Shown one piece after another: positions 11,750-23,046 of a DNA stretch of 64,000 bases (the stretch's first letter is position 1; each line of letters begins with the position of its first letter). This DNA comes from Eledone cirrhosa. Its lineage: Eukaryota. Position numbers and translations under genes: made by a program. The stretch is taken from the NCBI GenBank assembly GCA_964016885.1, contig OZ024764.1:21142001-21206000 (forward strand), written 5' to 3'. A model generated the notes under the pieces. The model was not told the DNA's origin. It was given only the letters and a program-made list of their open reading frames with translations, and did no database searches.

Positions 11750-12370
11750 GTACTCTTACAGAGATCACCGGGTACTTCGGTAAGATCGGGTCATGTGGAG
11801 GCTAAACCGCCAGAACAGCTAAGTACCCTGACAGAGATCACCGGGTATCTCAGTAAAATCATGTCATGGAGGCTAAACCACCCAAACAGCTAAGTACCCT
11901 CACAAGAGTCATCGGGTACTTCGGTAAAGCCAGCCGCCAACAGTGACAACAACTTCGTTGTCAGCAGCCCAGCTTCTCAAACATCACAGACTGGAATAAA
12001 TACTTTGCCGATAATTACTGGTAGTTTAACTTTTATTTCGTTCGTCTACAGAAGCAGTGACCCTCACTTTTACTACAGCATGTAGGATGGAGACGAAAAC
12101 ATCACTAACTGGGGTCTCACAAATGTGACAGTTAGTTTTGAAAATACATATACAAGATACAAGATAAATGACTAGACTGAAATATATTTGATAGGGAATA
12201 AAGAGTAGAATATTCTAGTCTTGTGGTGTTGGAGAAGTTTGGAGGAGATAGGTCACTGACAACGAGGTTCTTGTTATCGTTGGCAGCTCTCCTTACCGAG
12301 GTGTCAGGTGATACATATGAGGGTGTTTGGTAGTTCCAACATCTTAGCCTTGCTAACACTCGAGGTAAGA
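11750..12370. repeat. Long imperfect inverted-repeat element beside the promoter
   Basis: 11920-12000 (ttcggtaaagccagccgccaacagtgacaacaacttcgttgtcag...cttctcaaacatcacagactggaata) is complementary to 12210-12300. The outer arms are variants of the 62-bp repeat. Copies at ~26480-27045, ~43630-44190 and (partly deleted) ~61550-61975. Confidence 0.7.
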
Positions 12371-12699
12371 CTGTCTCAGAAAGTATTAGAGGGAGACTCC
12401 GGCACCCCATGTGATGTGAGACTGATTGACAGAGTGTTGACTTAATATTTTCATTTGTTGTGATTCTATGTGAAATATATCTCTATGTAAGTAACTTGGT
12501 TACGTGAATCATTGTGAATCTCGTAAATACTTAAACAGAAATCTACTTAGGACACAAAATAAAGTAGATTCCATTGAACAAAGTATTTAAAGGACGTATA
12601 TCAAAAAGAAGGGGGGATGTAACGAGAGTTGTCTCCCCTTACATATGTAATACAGTAGTGTATGTTTGTGTGTTTCTCTCTCTCTATATATATATTTTT

Positions 12700-12906
12700 T
12701 ATGATCGACTTTTTGTCAAATCGAACCGAGGAAACATATTTCCATTGGTCTTTCCAATTGCTAATACTATCTATCGGTCGCAACTCCAGGTAGAAGGAGC
12801 AACGTGAAATAAAATGTCTTGCTCAAGGACATAACGCACCGCCCAGTCTGAGAATCGAACTCACAATTCCGAATCCAATTCTCTAACCACTCAACCACAC
12901 GCCTTC
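12700..12906 (-). mobile_element. tRNA-derived SINE (also 62302-62516)
   Basis: Minus strand: gaaggcgtgtggttgagtggttagag (A-box-like) ... gtgagttcgattctc (B-box-like) ... gtccttgagcaagacat. Confidence 0.75.
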
Positions 12907-12959
12907 ATATATATATATGAAACAGATCTCGTTTTTTTACAAAAACAATATAAAATAAT

Positions 12960-13140
12960 TGTTTCTACTTTAGGCACAAGGCCAGCAATTACCAGTGCAT
13001 TACTGTTACTTTATTTTATCGACCCCGTAAGGATGAAAGGCAAAGTCAACCTCGGCGGGATTTGAACTCAGATGGTAAAGGGACGTAACTATGCTGGAAA
13101 GCATGGCGTCCGACCCTCTACCGATACTACCAATCCACCG
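12960..13140 (-). mobile_element. SINE insertion with 9-bp TSD, present in spacer 1 only
   Basis: TAAAATAAT at 12951-12959 and 13141-13149; empty site at ~62561. Orientation is inferred from the B-box-like gagttcaaatcc on the minus strand. Confidence 0.7.
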
Positions 13141-13339
13141 TAAAATAATAGAAGGTGGAGAAGTTAAAACAGCTCAACATACAGTAATTTATTATAATAA
13201 ACACTACAAAAGACTGTCTCATACTTCTTTGAAAGATGTTTTCAAACAAACACGTGCACAAAATCCTATTGTGTTAAAAGTAATAATTACGTATGAAACA
13301 AATTATTCATTAAAGTAATTAGCAAATACGTTTTTATAT

Positions 13340-13745
13340 ATGGTGTCTAGCAAGGGGACCCACTCGCCTCACTCCTATTGGTGCTGACAGTTAACAACAT
13401 GGTCTAGACACCCCTGTCTGGTACCTAGATGACACAACCCTGGGTGGCCCGGCTGAGACAGGTTAAGGCCTCTCTATACCCCAGTATATTACAGTCCAAC
13501 ATAACTGGGATGACATCAATTGTAGGTAGGTCTCTTCACACTGGTCACCATTGAGACCTCAGAAGTACTTGGACCCCATACTGCCAAGCTCCTCTGTAAG
13601 ATCAGAACGTTGGTGGCTCTTCTGAAGAGGGAGCCCCATGAGGTTGGAGTGGCTGTTGCAGTGGGTGTCACTGTCCATCGCCCGGGCGAATACTTTTGCA
13701 GTCTTATCCACAGGGCGCAGCACTTCTGCCCCTTGACCTAGACCC
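13340..13745 (+). mobile_element. Internally deleted old CRE-like non-LTR element (also ~62760-63160)
   Basis: Reads GV*QGDPLASLL, then WYLDDTTLGGP (RT motifs), then IETSEVLGPHTAKLL...WLLQWVSLSIARANTFAVLST (REL C-terminal-like). Confidence 0.6.
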
Positions 13746-13913
13746 AAAGCTCAATTATTTGCTTGTTGCTGAATTGTGGGTACTTTCGTATTTAGTTCTT
13801 TTATGACCCTTCTTTGAAATGTAGTCTTTGTCTCATGTGGTAACCTCCTGGTAGTTAATGTAGCAGAACACACTGAAGGACATGCTGCCCTCCCTAGTGT
13901 TGGTAACCTACAA

Positions 13914-15955
13914 AAGACATGTCAAACATGCGGCCCTTTGCAAGCAAACCTGCGGCCAACACTAAGGTTTTTACAGTGCGACCATGTTTCATTTTCGTAA
14001 TATAAAATTAAAAATTTTTTCGATACAATTGTTTTTTTTGTGCAATTTTTGTCAACTATTTTTAACTTCCATTAATCACGTGCAGCTCATTAACAGAAAA
14101 CCTTTCAAAATTTCAAAAGTTTTTGTTTTTGAAATGGTTAGTGCTCCTCCAGCTAAGAGAAAATGGAAATTGAACGAAGAAGGGCAAGTGTTTCAAGAAA
14201 AGTGGGAATTAGAGTATTTTTGCCCAATGGTGAACAGAAAGATACACTGTTTAATTTGCAACAACTACATCTCCACGCCAAAAGAGTACAATTTAAAAAG
14301 ACATTATGAAACAAACCCTCGATCTTACGATAAATATGAAGCCCCAATGTGTGTTTCAAGACTCAAGGAATTGAAGTCTAACTTGACACAGCAATAGACC
14401 TGTTTTATGTTAATTCAAGAAGAGGATGTCACTTCTGTTACTGCAAGCTATGAACTCAGTCAAATGATTGCCATGAGTGGGAAATCTTACAGTGAAGGAG
14501 ATTTTGTAAAGCAATGCCTTGTAAAAACAGCTGAAATTGTCCAGAGAAGGCAGAGTTATTCAAAGACATTTCATTTACCAGGAACACTGTTGCTGAACAG
14601 ATTAATGAAATGTCAGGTGATCTGAAACAACAGTTAAAGGCTGTATCATCAAGGTTTGAACATGTTTCTATTGCTATTGAAGAGACTGTTGACATCATTG
14701 GAATAGTACAGCTTGCATTCTTCATCAGGGTCTGTGACAGTGAATTTAATATTTATGAAGAACTGATTGAACTGGTCCCCATGCATGACACTATAACAAG
14801 CCAGGACATCTTTGAGAAGGTCAAACAGTGTCTGCATGGTTTTGATCTGAGTAAACTTGCATGTTTATCTACTGACAGTCCTGCAAATATGGTTGGTAGA
14901 CATAATGGTGTTGCTGCCAAGTTACAAACAAAAATAGAAAACTCATATCTAGATTCATCATTTGCACATTTTCACTGTATTATTCATCAGCAAAATTTAT
15001 GTTCAAAGATTTTAAAATTGCATCATGTGCTTAGCTTGGTCACAAAGACAGTGAACTAAATCAGAAGCCGTGCTCTCAACCACCGTCAGTTCAGCCAGTT
15101 GTTGGAAGATATGGATAATCAGTTCACCGATGTTCCATTCTACACAGAAGTCTGCTGGTTGGCATGTCACAAAGTGCTGAAAAGATTCTATTTGTTGAAA
15201 TAATTATGTTTTTGGAGAGAAAAGGTTAAAACACAGATGAAATAAAAGATGAAAGTTGGCTCCAACATCTGGCTTTTGTTGTGGATATTACTGCACAATT
15301 AACTGATCTTAATTTGAAATTACAAGGTAAATACAAACCCATCACTCAGTTGTATGATGACATCAAGTTCTTCATTAGAAAACTTAGCTTATGGAAGTCT
15401 CCGTTGTCAGATGAAAATTTAATACATTTTCTTACGTGCAAAGAGCTGAAAATCACTGCCAATACTGAGTCTGTACTTAGCTTAACAAAAACTTCTCAGA
15501 GAAGAAGGCTGACAGATCAACACTTGTCATTTCTGATTAAAGTTGGAACTGTACAGACATTTCAGCCAGACATACCAAAAATTGTCAACAGAAAGAAGTG
15601 TCAAGCCTCAGGACAAAACACTAAAAATGGTTGAATAGTAGCAAATAAATGTTCAGTTTTCAACTGTTGTTATTTGTGTACAATGTATTTGTTGCTGTTA
15701 CAATCTGCAAGTATATGTTGACATGTGAAATTTTAGTTTTTTGTCAAACTACTTCATTACTTTGTATTCATGAATGCTGCTAAAACATTTGTATGGACAT
15801 TGTATGTTTCTAAATTTAAGTAACAAATCTTTCTGCAATATATTTTATTAAATGACTAATTAGTTGTCGTGTACATAATTAGTTGTAGTGTGCAACCCTC
15901 AGACAACACATGTGACCTATTTGGCCCTTGGGGAACCCTCAGTTTGTTATGTCTC
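13914..15955 (+). mobile_element. Complete-ended but degenerate hAT transposon (SPIN/Buster/GTF2IRD2-like), transposase pseudogene
   Basis: KRKLNEEGQVFQEKWELEYF...CLIC...EYNLKRHYETN; SIAIEETVDI; STDSPANMVG; HCIIHQQNLC. TIR-like ends (aagacatgtcaaac / gtttgttatgtctc). 8-bp TSD ACCTACAA/ACCTACAT. Stops and frameshifts present. Confidence 0.9.
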
Positions 15956-16199
15956 ACCTACATGATAAACACACCCAACACAGGCGGTAATGTGGTTGGT
16001 CATGTGAAGGACATCTAGCCATAGAAAGCTTGCCCGACAATAGTGTCGGAGAACCCTTCAATCATGACAAAAACATGACAACCTTTTCTGTGCATTCAGT
16101 AGCAAATGAGACCTTATGTAAATAAGTCTCAGATCCTTGGTCTGTCTGGGAGATCAGTAGCCTCACTTCAGTACTTACTTGGTTGAAGTAGACTCATTA

Positions 16200-16775
16200 A
16201 ACCCTTGCTAGCAGGGAAATCTGATGTTGATGTAACCTCAACCTCTTCTTATTCCAGAGAGGGTCTTGGGGGCAGAGTCCTCAAACACTCCCTCCAACAG
16301 GTCCTGTCAGAAGCAACCCACTCCAACTGATCTGGCTGGATCTCCCAGAGAGACCAGCCAAGCTCATGGATGTTATGTGACCATCTTGCTCAGGTCTACC
16401 CCTGGGTCTCCTGCCGGTTAGTTTAGCCTGTAAAATCTATCCAGTGATTCTTTCCTCAGACATTCTAACCACATGGCCATAGTATTGCAGCTGTGATCTC
16501 TCAATTAGGAGAAGTAACAGCTCCACCTGGAGTGACTCTCTGATCTCAGAGCTATGCACTTTATTGAGAAAAGTTCCTTCAAAGACCCTTCAGAGGAATC
16601 CCATATCTGCCACTTGTATTCGCAATCATATTCTTTTGGTCATTACCCAAGATATGTGACCATAGGTAAGGGTTGGCACAAAAACCTAATTGAAGACAGC
16701 AAGTTTGGCTTTTATGCCTACCTCCCTTCTTCTGATTACTGAATATTGGAGCTGGTGCATTACTGATATTTCACT
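16200..16775 (-). mobile_element. Decayed RTE-type LINE 3' fragment
   Basis: The minus strand near 16440-16510 reads IERSQLQYYGHVVRMSEERI. Confidence 0.65.
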
Positions 16776-17270
16776 GCCCACACTGCAAAGTGGTTGGGTA
16801 GGAGATATGACAAAAAGCACCCAACCCACACTGTAGAGAACACACAGCCAACATTATAAGGTGGTCATGTGGGTGATATGACAAAAAGAAACCAGCCCAC
16901 ACTGCAAAGAACACACAGTCAACATTATGAGGTGGTCATGTAGGAGATATGACAAAAAGCACCCAACCCACACTGTAAAGAACACACAGTCAACATTATA
17001 AGGTGGTCATGTAGATGTTACGACAAAAAGCACCCAGCCCACACTGTAAAGTGGTCATGTAGGTGACAACAAAAAGAACCCAGTCCACACTATAAAGTGG
17101 TCATGTAGGTGTCACGACAAAAAGAACCCAGTCCACACTATAAAGTGGTCTTGTAGGTGTCACAACAAAAAGCACCCAGTGCAAACTGTAAAGTGGTCAT
17201 GTAGGTGTCACAACAAAAAGTACCCAGCCCACACTGTAAAGTGGTCATGTAGCTGTCACAACAAAAAGGT
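16775..17270 (+). repeat. 48/69-bp RTE-3'UTR-derived minisatellite
   Basis: Same unit as 1345-1730. Confidence 0.85.
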
Positions 17271-17455
17271 TCTTCTCTAAAAATATATAATTATCTTTTA
17301 TATTAATGTTAATGATAAAGAATAAATAATATAATAAATATACCACCATAGGTGCTGAAGTGGCTAGCTGCTGGTGTGAACCTCACGAGATGGAATGGCT
17401 CTTCCAGCACATCTAGAACAACATGACCCTCTAATATCTAGTATTTGGTAACAAA

Positions 17456-17604
17456 CTAGACCACCCGGGACCTGTTGGGTCACATTCCCTTAAAACAATT
17501 ATTTTTAAATCATGTTCACTTAAAAATCATTTTCAAATAGTTAAAATATAGACATATATATATATAGACACATATATACACACATTTTATTAAACATCAC
17601 CACC

Positions 17605-17638
<34 letters not shown>

Positions 17639-17875
17639 TCCCCTTTCCATCCATCTCCTTCTATCTCTCCTTTTCAATCCACACTCTCACAACCACTATC
17701 TCTTTCTCTCCCTATATTTATGAAGGTACCCAGAAAACCCCGTATCTTCGGAACCTGTGCTCCATTTTATACAAAACTTGTTTTATTCTTTTCAAAGTAT
17801 TTCCCCATTATGCAGTGTTTTAGCTGTATTAAATTACGGACAAGACACAATCACAGAGTTTTAGTAGTATATAGA
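17456..17875 (-). mobile_element. Non-autonomous Helitron-like element (duplicate of 1917-2317)
   Basis: Same termini and same flanks. Confidence 0.65.
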
Positions 17876-18659
17876 TAATATAGCTTCAAATTAAAGTTAG
17901 TAAACGACAGTTTGGAGAAATCTGTAACATTTATTAAACATTGCTCAAGTTTGTCAATTCTATAGCACAATAGTTTGTTAGTTAAAGTGTTTAGTTAGAT
18001 GTTCTACATATAAAGAAGAGAGAATACTTTACCACAAATATTACAGTGGTATAATGATTTTCCCATCTCTTCTGGAAAATATTCCTATGTTGATGTAAAT
18101 ATTTCTATTGTTCATAATTTTATCAAATGTGATCTTTGTCAATATCCAAATATTTTGAAAACTCCTTTGTAAATATCCAAAGTTTAATCAGAATGTAAAA
18201 TCATCTTGTAAATATTCCAGACAGTGAAAAAGGAAAATGTTGTTATTTATCTCAATTCAGAAGAAATATTTCACCATAATTCACCACAGACTAAACAAGT
18301 TTATATCACTTGTATGTAACATCTTTCTGTTGTCTTTAAAAGACTCTTTTCTGTCAAGGTCATGTGATATTCTGAAATAGTAGAGAAACATTATTAAGAT
18401 ATTTAGAAAATAGAGATACAACAGTGAAAACTTTACTACATCTCTATATTAATAGATATAAACCTTACATGGTGACACAAACACTGCAACACTAACTTAC
18501 AGGAAAACATCTAGTTACTTGATCTAGTTACTTCAATCAGGTGAAGAGATAAACTAGATTGACTTCATTCTCATCAGAAAACAGGATAGACAGATGGTTG
18601 GGAATATTAACTCCTTTAGTGGAGAAGGACGTACCACTCAACATAGACTAGATACTAGG

Positions 18660-19075
18660 TGTAAGATCTAGAGGGACTGACAGATACAAGATTATCTGGA
18701 GATAGAAGGGGTGGAGAGTAAAAGATCTCCCTGTTAAATATAAGATCTAGAGGGACTGTGAGAGAGGTACAAGACAACCTAGAGAAAAGGGTAGAGACAG
18801 TAAAAGATCTCCCTGTTTAATATAAGATCTAGAGGGACTGTGAGAGAGGTACAAGACAACCTAGAGAAAAGGGTAGAGACAGTAAAGAATCTCCCTGTTA
18901 AATATGATATATAGGGACTGTGAGAGTGTAATAAGACAATCTAGAGGAAAGGGTAGGGACAGTAAAAGATCTCCCTGTTAAATATAAGATCTAGAGGGAC
19001 TGTGAGAGAGGTACAAGACAATCTAGCAAAAGGGGTAAGGACAGTAAAAGATCTCCCTGTTAAATATAAATTCAG
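18660..19075 (+). repeat. 82-bp minisatellite, ~5 units
   Basis: Same unit as 3100-3760. Confidence 0.9.
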
Positions 19076-19252
19076 AGATGTTCTACATGATACATATGAT
19101 AAGGAGGAGGAGATTGATAGCTATGACATAGAAGATATCTGGAAGTTTCTTTCAGGCAGCCTGTTGTGAACCACTGATGAGATCTGTAGTTGATGTAAGC
19201 TGCCAGCCAGATGAATGTTGCCTTGGTGATGGAATAGTACAGTAGATAGAAG

Positions 19253-19658
19253 CTGACCATACCCAATTACACCTCTTAAAGGCAATGACACACGTCCGTG
19301 ACCTCTGGCGTCACGCAGTAATACAGAGTACCCGACCTCCCATGGGTACGAGCTAAAGCATATAGACAATATGCCCCCCCCCCCCTCCCAAGGTCGTCGT
19401 GGAGGTGCCACGGCAAAAAAGCACCCAGCCCACACTGTAAAGTGAACGTGTAGGCACCACGAAAAAGCACCCAGCACTCACTGTAAATGAGGTTGGTGTT
19501 AGGAAGGACATCCAGCTTTAGAAATCAAGCCAAATCAGTTCCTGTATGAGCAAGGCATGGTCAGCCAACCAGACACTGCCCACAACACGACAATCCGTCT
19601 AACCAATGCTAGCATGGAAGAACGGACGTAAAACGGTGATGATGATGATGATGATGAT
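19253..19658 (+). mobile_element. 5'-truncated RTE 3' end with (ATG)n tail and 8-bp TSD
   Basis: GATAGAAG at 19245-19252 and 19659-19666; the empty site is visible at ~3931, ~34638 and ~51351. Confidence 0.88.
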
Positions 19659-20140
19659 GATAGAAGTTGAAATCTAAAAGACCTGAAGAGACAGGAGGGG
19701 AACAACAATATCAAATAGTTAAAATGGAAGCTAGATATTAGGCTTACAAGTTATTGATTTCTGTTGTTATTGTTAAAATCTGTTTAATCTGTGATATTTG
19801 AGACAATGTACAGGACAATAGAGTTAATATCAATGTCAGACTAGCAACAACAAAAGTTTTCATTTTATTGGCAGGTTTAAATTACATAATGCCCAAACCT
19901 TTACTAAAAATACAAATATATATATCTTACCTGTTAAAGTATAATAAATGAAAGTTTAATGTGAAAAACTTTAATTTACACAAAATCTTCAAACACTGCT
20001 TCAAAAATGGAAACCTGGTGTTTATGATCCCTGTCATAGGTAAAACCTACAAGGTTATCCCCAGTTTTAGCAAGGATGATGGATCTACACAATTGTTGTT
20101 GTTGTTGTAGTATGATGTAATGAGTTTGATATTGATACAG

Positions 20141-21004
20141 CTAAACTTCTGTATGAATACGCACATGCTTGGTTAAGTTACCACTTCGAGAGAATGATTT
20201 ACCACAGATGTCACAGCGATGTGTCATCTCTCCTGTATGAGTACGTTTGTGGTTAGCTAAGCTACTTCTGTTACCGAATGATTTACCACAGATATCACAG
20301 TGATATGATTTCTCTCCTGTATGAATACGTTTGTGAGTAGTTAGGTTATCACTACGAGAGAATGATTTACCACAGATATCACAGTGATATGGGTTCTCTC
20401 CTGTATGAACACGTTTGTGAGTAGTTAGGTGATTACTCTGAGAGAATGAATTGCCACAGATATCACAGTGATATGGCTTCTCTCCTGTATGAATACGTTT
20501 GTGGGTAGTTAAGGTATTTCTGTGACTGAATGATTTACCACAGATGTCACAGTGATGTGGCTTCTTTCCTGTATGAATACGTTTGTGAACTCTGACGCTA
20601 CTACTGTCACTGAATGATTTATCACAGATATCACACTGATATGGCTTCTCTCCTGTATGAATACGTTTGTGAGTAGTTAGGTGCTGACTACAAGGGAATG
20701 ATTTACCACAGATATCACAATGATATGGGTTCTCTCCTGTATGAATACGTTTGTGAGTAGTTAGGTTATTATTTTTAGAGAACGTTTTACCACAGATATC
20801 ACAGTGATGTGGCTTCTCTCCTGTATGAATACGTCTGTGAGTAGTTAGGTGATTACTACGAGAGAATGATTTACCACAGATATCACAGTGGAATGGCTCT
20901 TCTCCTGTATGAATACGTTTGTGAGTAGTTAGGTGATTACTATGAGAGAATGATTTACCACAGATATCACAGTGGAATGGTGATTTTACTATATTTTTCG
21001 ACAT
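20141..21004 (-). CDS. C2H2 zinc-finger protein, 10 fingers (copy 2)
   Basis: 287 aa = 10x28+7; same [11 protein letters not shown] start and HTEV end as copy 1. Confidence 0.93.
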   Translation of the reverse strand: MSKNIVKSPFHCDICGKSFSHSNHLTTHKRIHTGEEPFHCDICGKSFSRSNHLTTHRRIHTGEKPHHCDICGKTFSKNNNLTTHKRIHTGENPYHCDICGKSFPCSQHLTTHKRIHTGEKPYQCDICDKSFSDSSSVRVHKRIHTGKKPHHCDICGKSFSHRNTLTTHKRIHTGEKPYHCDICGNSFSQSNHLTTHKRVHTGENPYHCDICGKSFSRSDNLTTHKRIHTGEKSYHCDICGKSFGNRSSLANHKRTHTGEMTHRCDICGKSFSRSGNLTKHVRIHTEV

Positions 21005-21360
21005 ATCTCCTACTAAAAGATATCAATCACCTCAGCTTCTCACATAATTCACAGCTTAATACTGAGAAATTTAGTTATATTACTAAATCACTTCAAAGTG
21101 TTGAGTGTTTTCAGAATTATTTGAAAATGATGGTTAGTGTCTTTCATTAGAAATGGTTAATGTTGAGGATATGTCTGATGTAACGTGCTCTTTAATGCCA
21201 ATGTCCTCTGGTATTCTGAAATAATAAAAGAACATTATAAGATACTGAGAAACTTGTAATACATCAGTACAAATTTCATATAATATTTCTATATTGATAA
21301 ATGGACTGTAATAAATACTAAGGCCTTCCTTGGTGAAGAATGTGCTGACTAACATAGGTT

Positions 21361-21815
21361 AGTTATTAGTGGTAGTAGATTAAACTGACTGATAAAAGTA
21401 GTTATTAGTGGCAGTAGATTATACTGACTGATAAAAGTAGTTATTAGTGACATTAGATTAAACTGACTGATAAAAGTAGTTATTAGTGACATTAGATTAA
21501 ACTGACTGATAAAAGTAGTTATTAGTGACATTAGATTATACTGACTGATAAAAGTAGTTATTAGTGACATTAGATTATACTGACTGATAAAAGTAGTTAT
21601 TAGTGACATTAGATTAAACTGACTGATAAAAGTAGTTATTAGTGACTTTAGATTAAACTGACAGATAAAAGTAGTTATTAGTGACATTAGATTAAACTGA
21701 CTGATAAAAGTAGTTATTAGTGACATTAGATTAAACTGACTGATAAATGTAATTATTAGTGACATTAGATTAAACTCACTGATAAAAGTAGTTATTAGTG
21801 ACATTAGATTAACCC
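21361..21815 (+). repeat. 39-bp minisatellite expanded to ~12 units
   Basis: Direct repeats; produces the spurious 13-aa repeat ORF 21349-21804. Confidence 0.9.
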
Positions 21816-21840
21816 TTTAGTATTCACATTACTCTATATT

Positions 21841-22200
21841 ATGATGGTTAGTGTCTTTCATTAGAAATGGTTAATGTTGAGGATATGTCTGATGTAACGT
21901 GCTCTTTAATGCCAATGTCCTCTGGTATTCTGAAATAATAAAAGAACATTATAAGATACTCAGAAACTTGTAATACATCAGTACAAATTTCATATAATAT
22001 TTCTATATTGATAAATGGACTGTAATAAATACTAAGGCCTTCCTTGGTGAAGAATGTGCTGCCTAACATAGGTTAGTTATTAGTGACATTAGATTAAACT
22101 GACTGATAAAAGTAGTTATTAGTGGCAGTAGATTATACTGACAGATAAAAGTAGTTATTAGTGACTTTAGATTAACCCTTTAGTATTCACATTACTCTAT
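21841..22200 (-). repeat. Local tandem duplication of the ZNF splice-acceptor region
   Basis: 21841-22200 repeats 21128-21840 with fewer 39-bp units; second acceptor at 21930. Confidence 0.85.
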
Positions 22201-22379
22201 ATTTACTATTATATTTTCACAGTAAATGCTTTATCTCTCATAATATCAAATCTATGAGATTTTGATGTTACTTAATTTGAGAACAATACCTTAACATAAG
22301 TATAAGTGACCAGTTAGGGCCAGTTTGAACAGAAAGGTGTGAGAGAATTCTGGACAGATATGGCCAGTTTATATACTAA

Positions 22380-23020
22380 AGGGTTAAGGAAATTAGGTGT
22401 AGAAGAATGGCTTGTTAGAAGCTGTCAGTAAAGTGTTTTTAGTGAGGAATTGAAGGTACAGGTAGGAGTTCATCATGGTTTAGTTCTTAGCCCACTGTTG
22501 TTCATCATAGTTCTCCAAGCCATAACAGAGACGTTTAAGACTGGCTGTCTATGGAAACTTCTCTATGTAGATGACCAGCTATAGATATAGAATTTGAAAT
22601 GGTAAGTTCTGAGAATATACTTAGCCAAAACTAAAGTGGTAATGGATAGGAGAGAAGACCCTGACACCTTCAGGAAAGTAGCCCTGCTCCATATGTAGAA
22701 AAGGAATAAGTAGAGATAACCACAATGACAGAGACCTAGTTATAATAGCAGGGGACTTCAATGGTCATGTTGGACAGCTCCAGGATGGATACACTAGGGT
22801 ACATGGTGGTTATGGTTATGGCTCATGAAACGAAGAAGGAGTGAGGCTTCTTGTATTTTGTGATGCAAGTGAACTAACCATTTGCAACACTTCAAGAAAC
22901 CTACCAACCACCTAATAACCTACCAATCAGGTGTGCACATGAGACAGATTGTCTTCTTGCTAGTTAGGGAGTAAGACAGATAGATGGTGTCAAATACTAA
23001 GGCACACCCCAGGGAACAAA
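22380..23020 (+). mobile_element. Decayed RTE fragments, truncated relative to spacer A (also ~37145-37790)
   Basis: Collinear with 5805-6440. Confidence 0.75.
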
Positions 23021-23046
23021 GTAACAGGAAACGACTAGATTTGTAG

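Noticed and set aside
12840-12906. tRNA gene
   Set aside because: A/B-box-like head continuous with a SINE body and no intact cloverleaf.
13984-15634. Domesticated GTF2IRD2/EPM2AIP1-like host gene
   Set aside because: Multiple stops and frameshifts, with TIR-like ends and an 8-bp TSD: a dead hAT transposon.
21349-21804. 151-aa repeat protein ORF (MSLITTFISQFNL)n
   Set aside because: A by-product of a 39-bp intronic minisatellite whose copy number varies between units.
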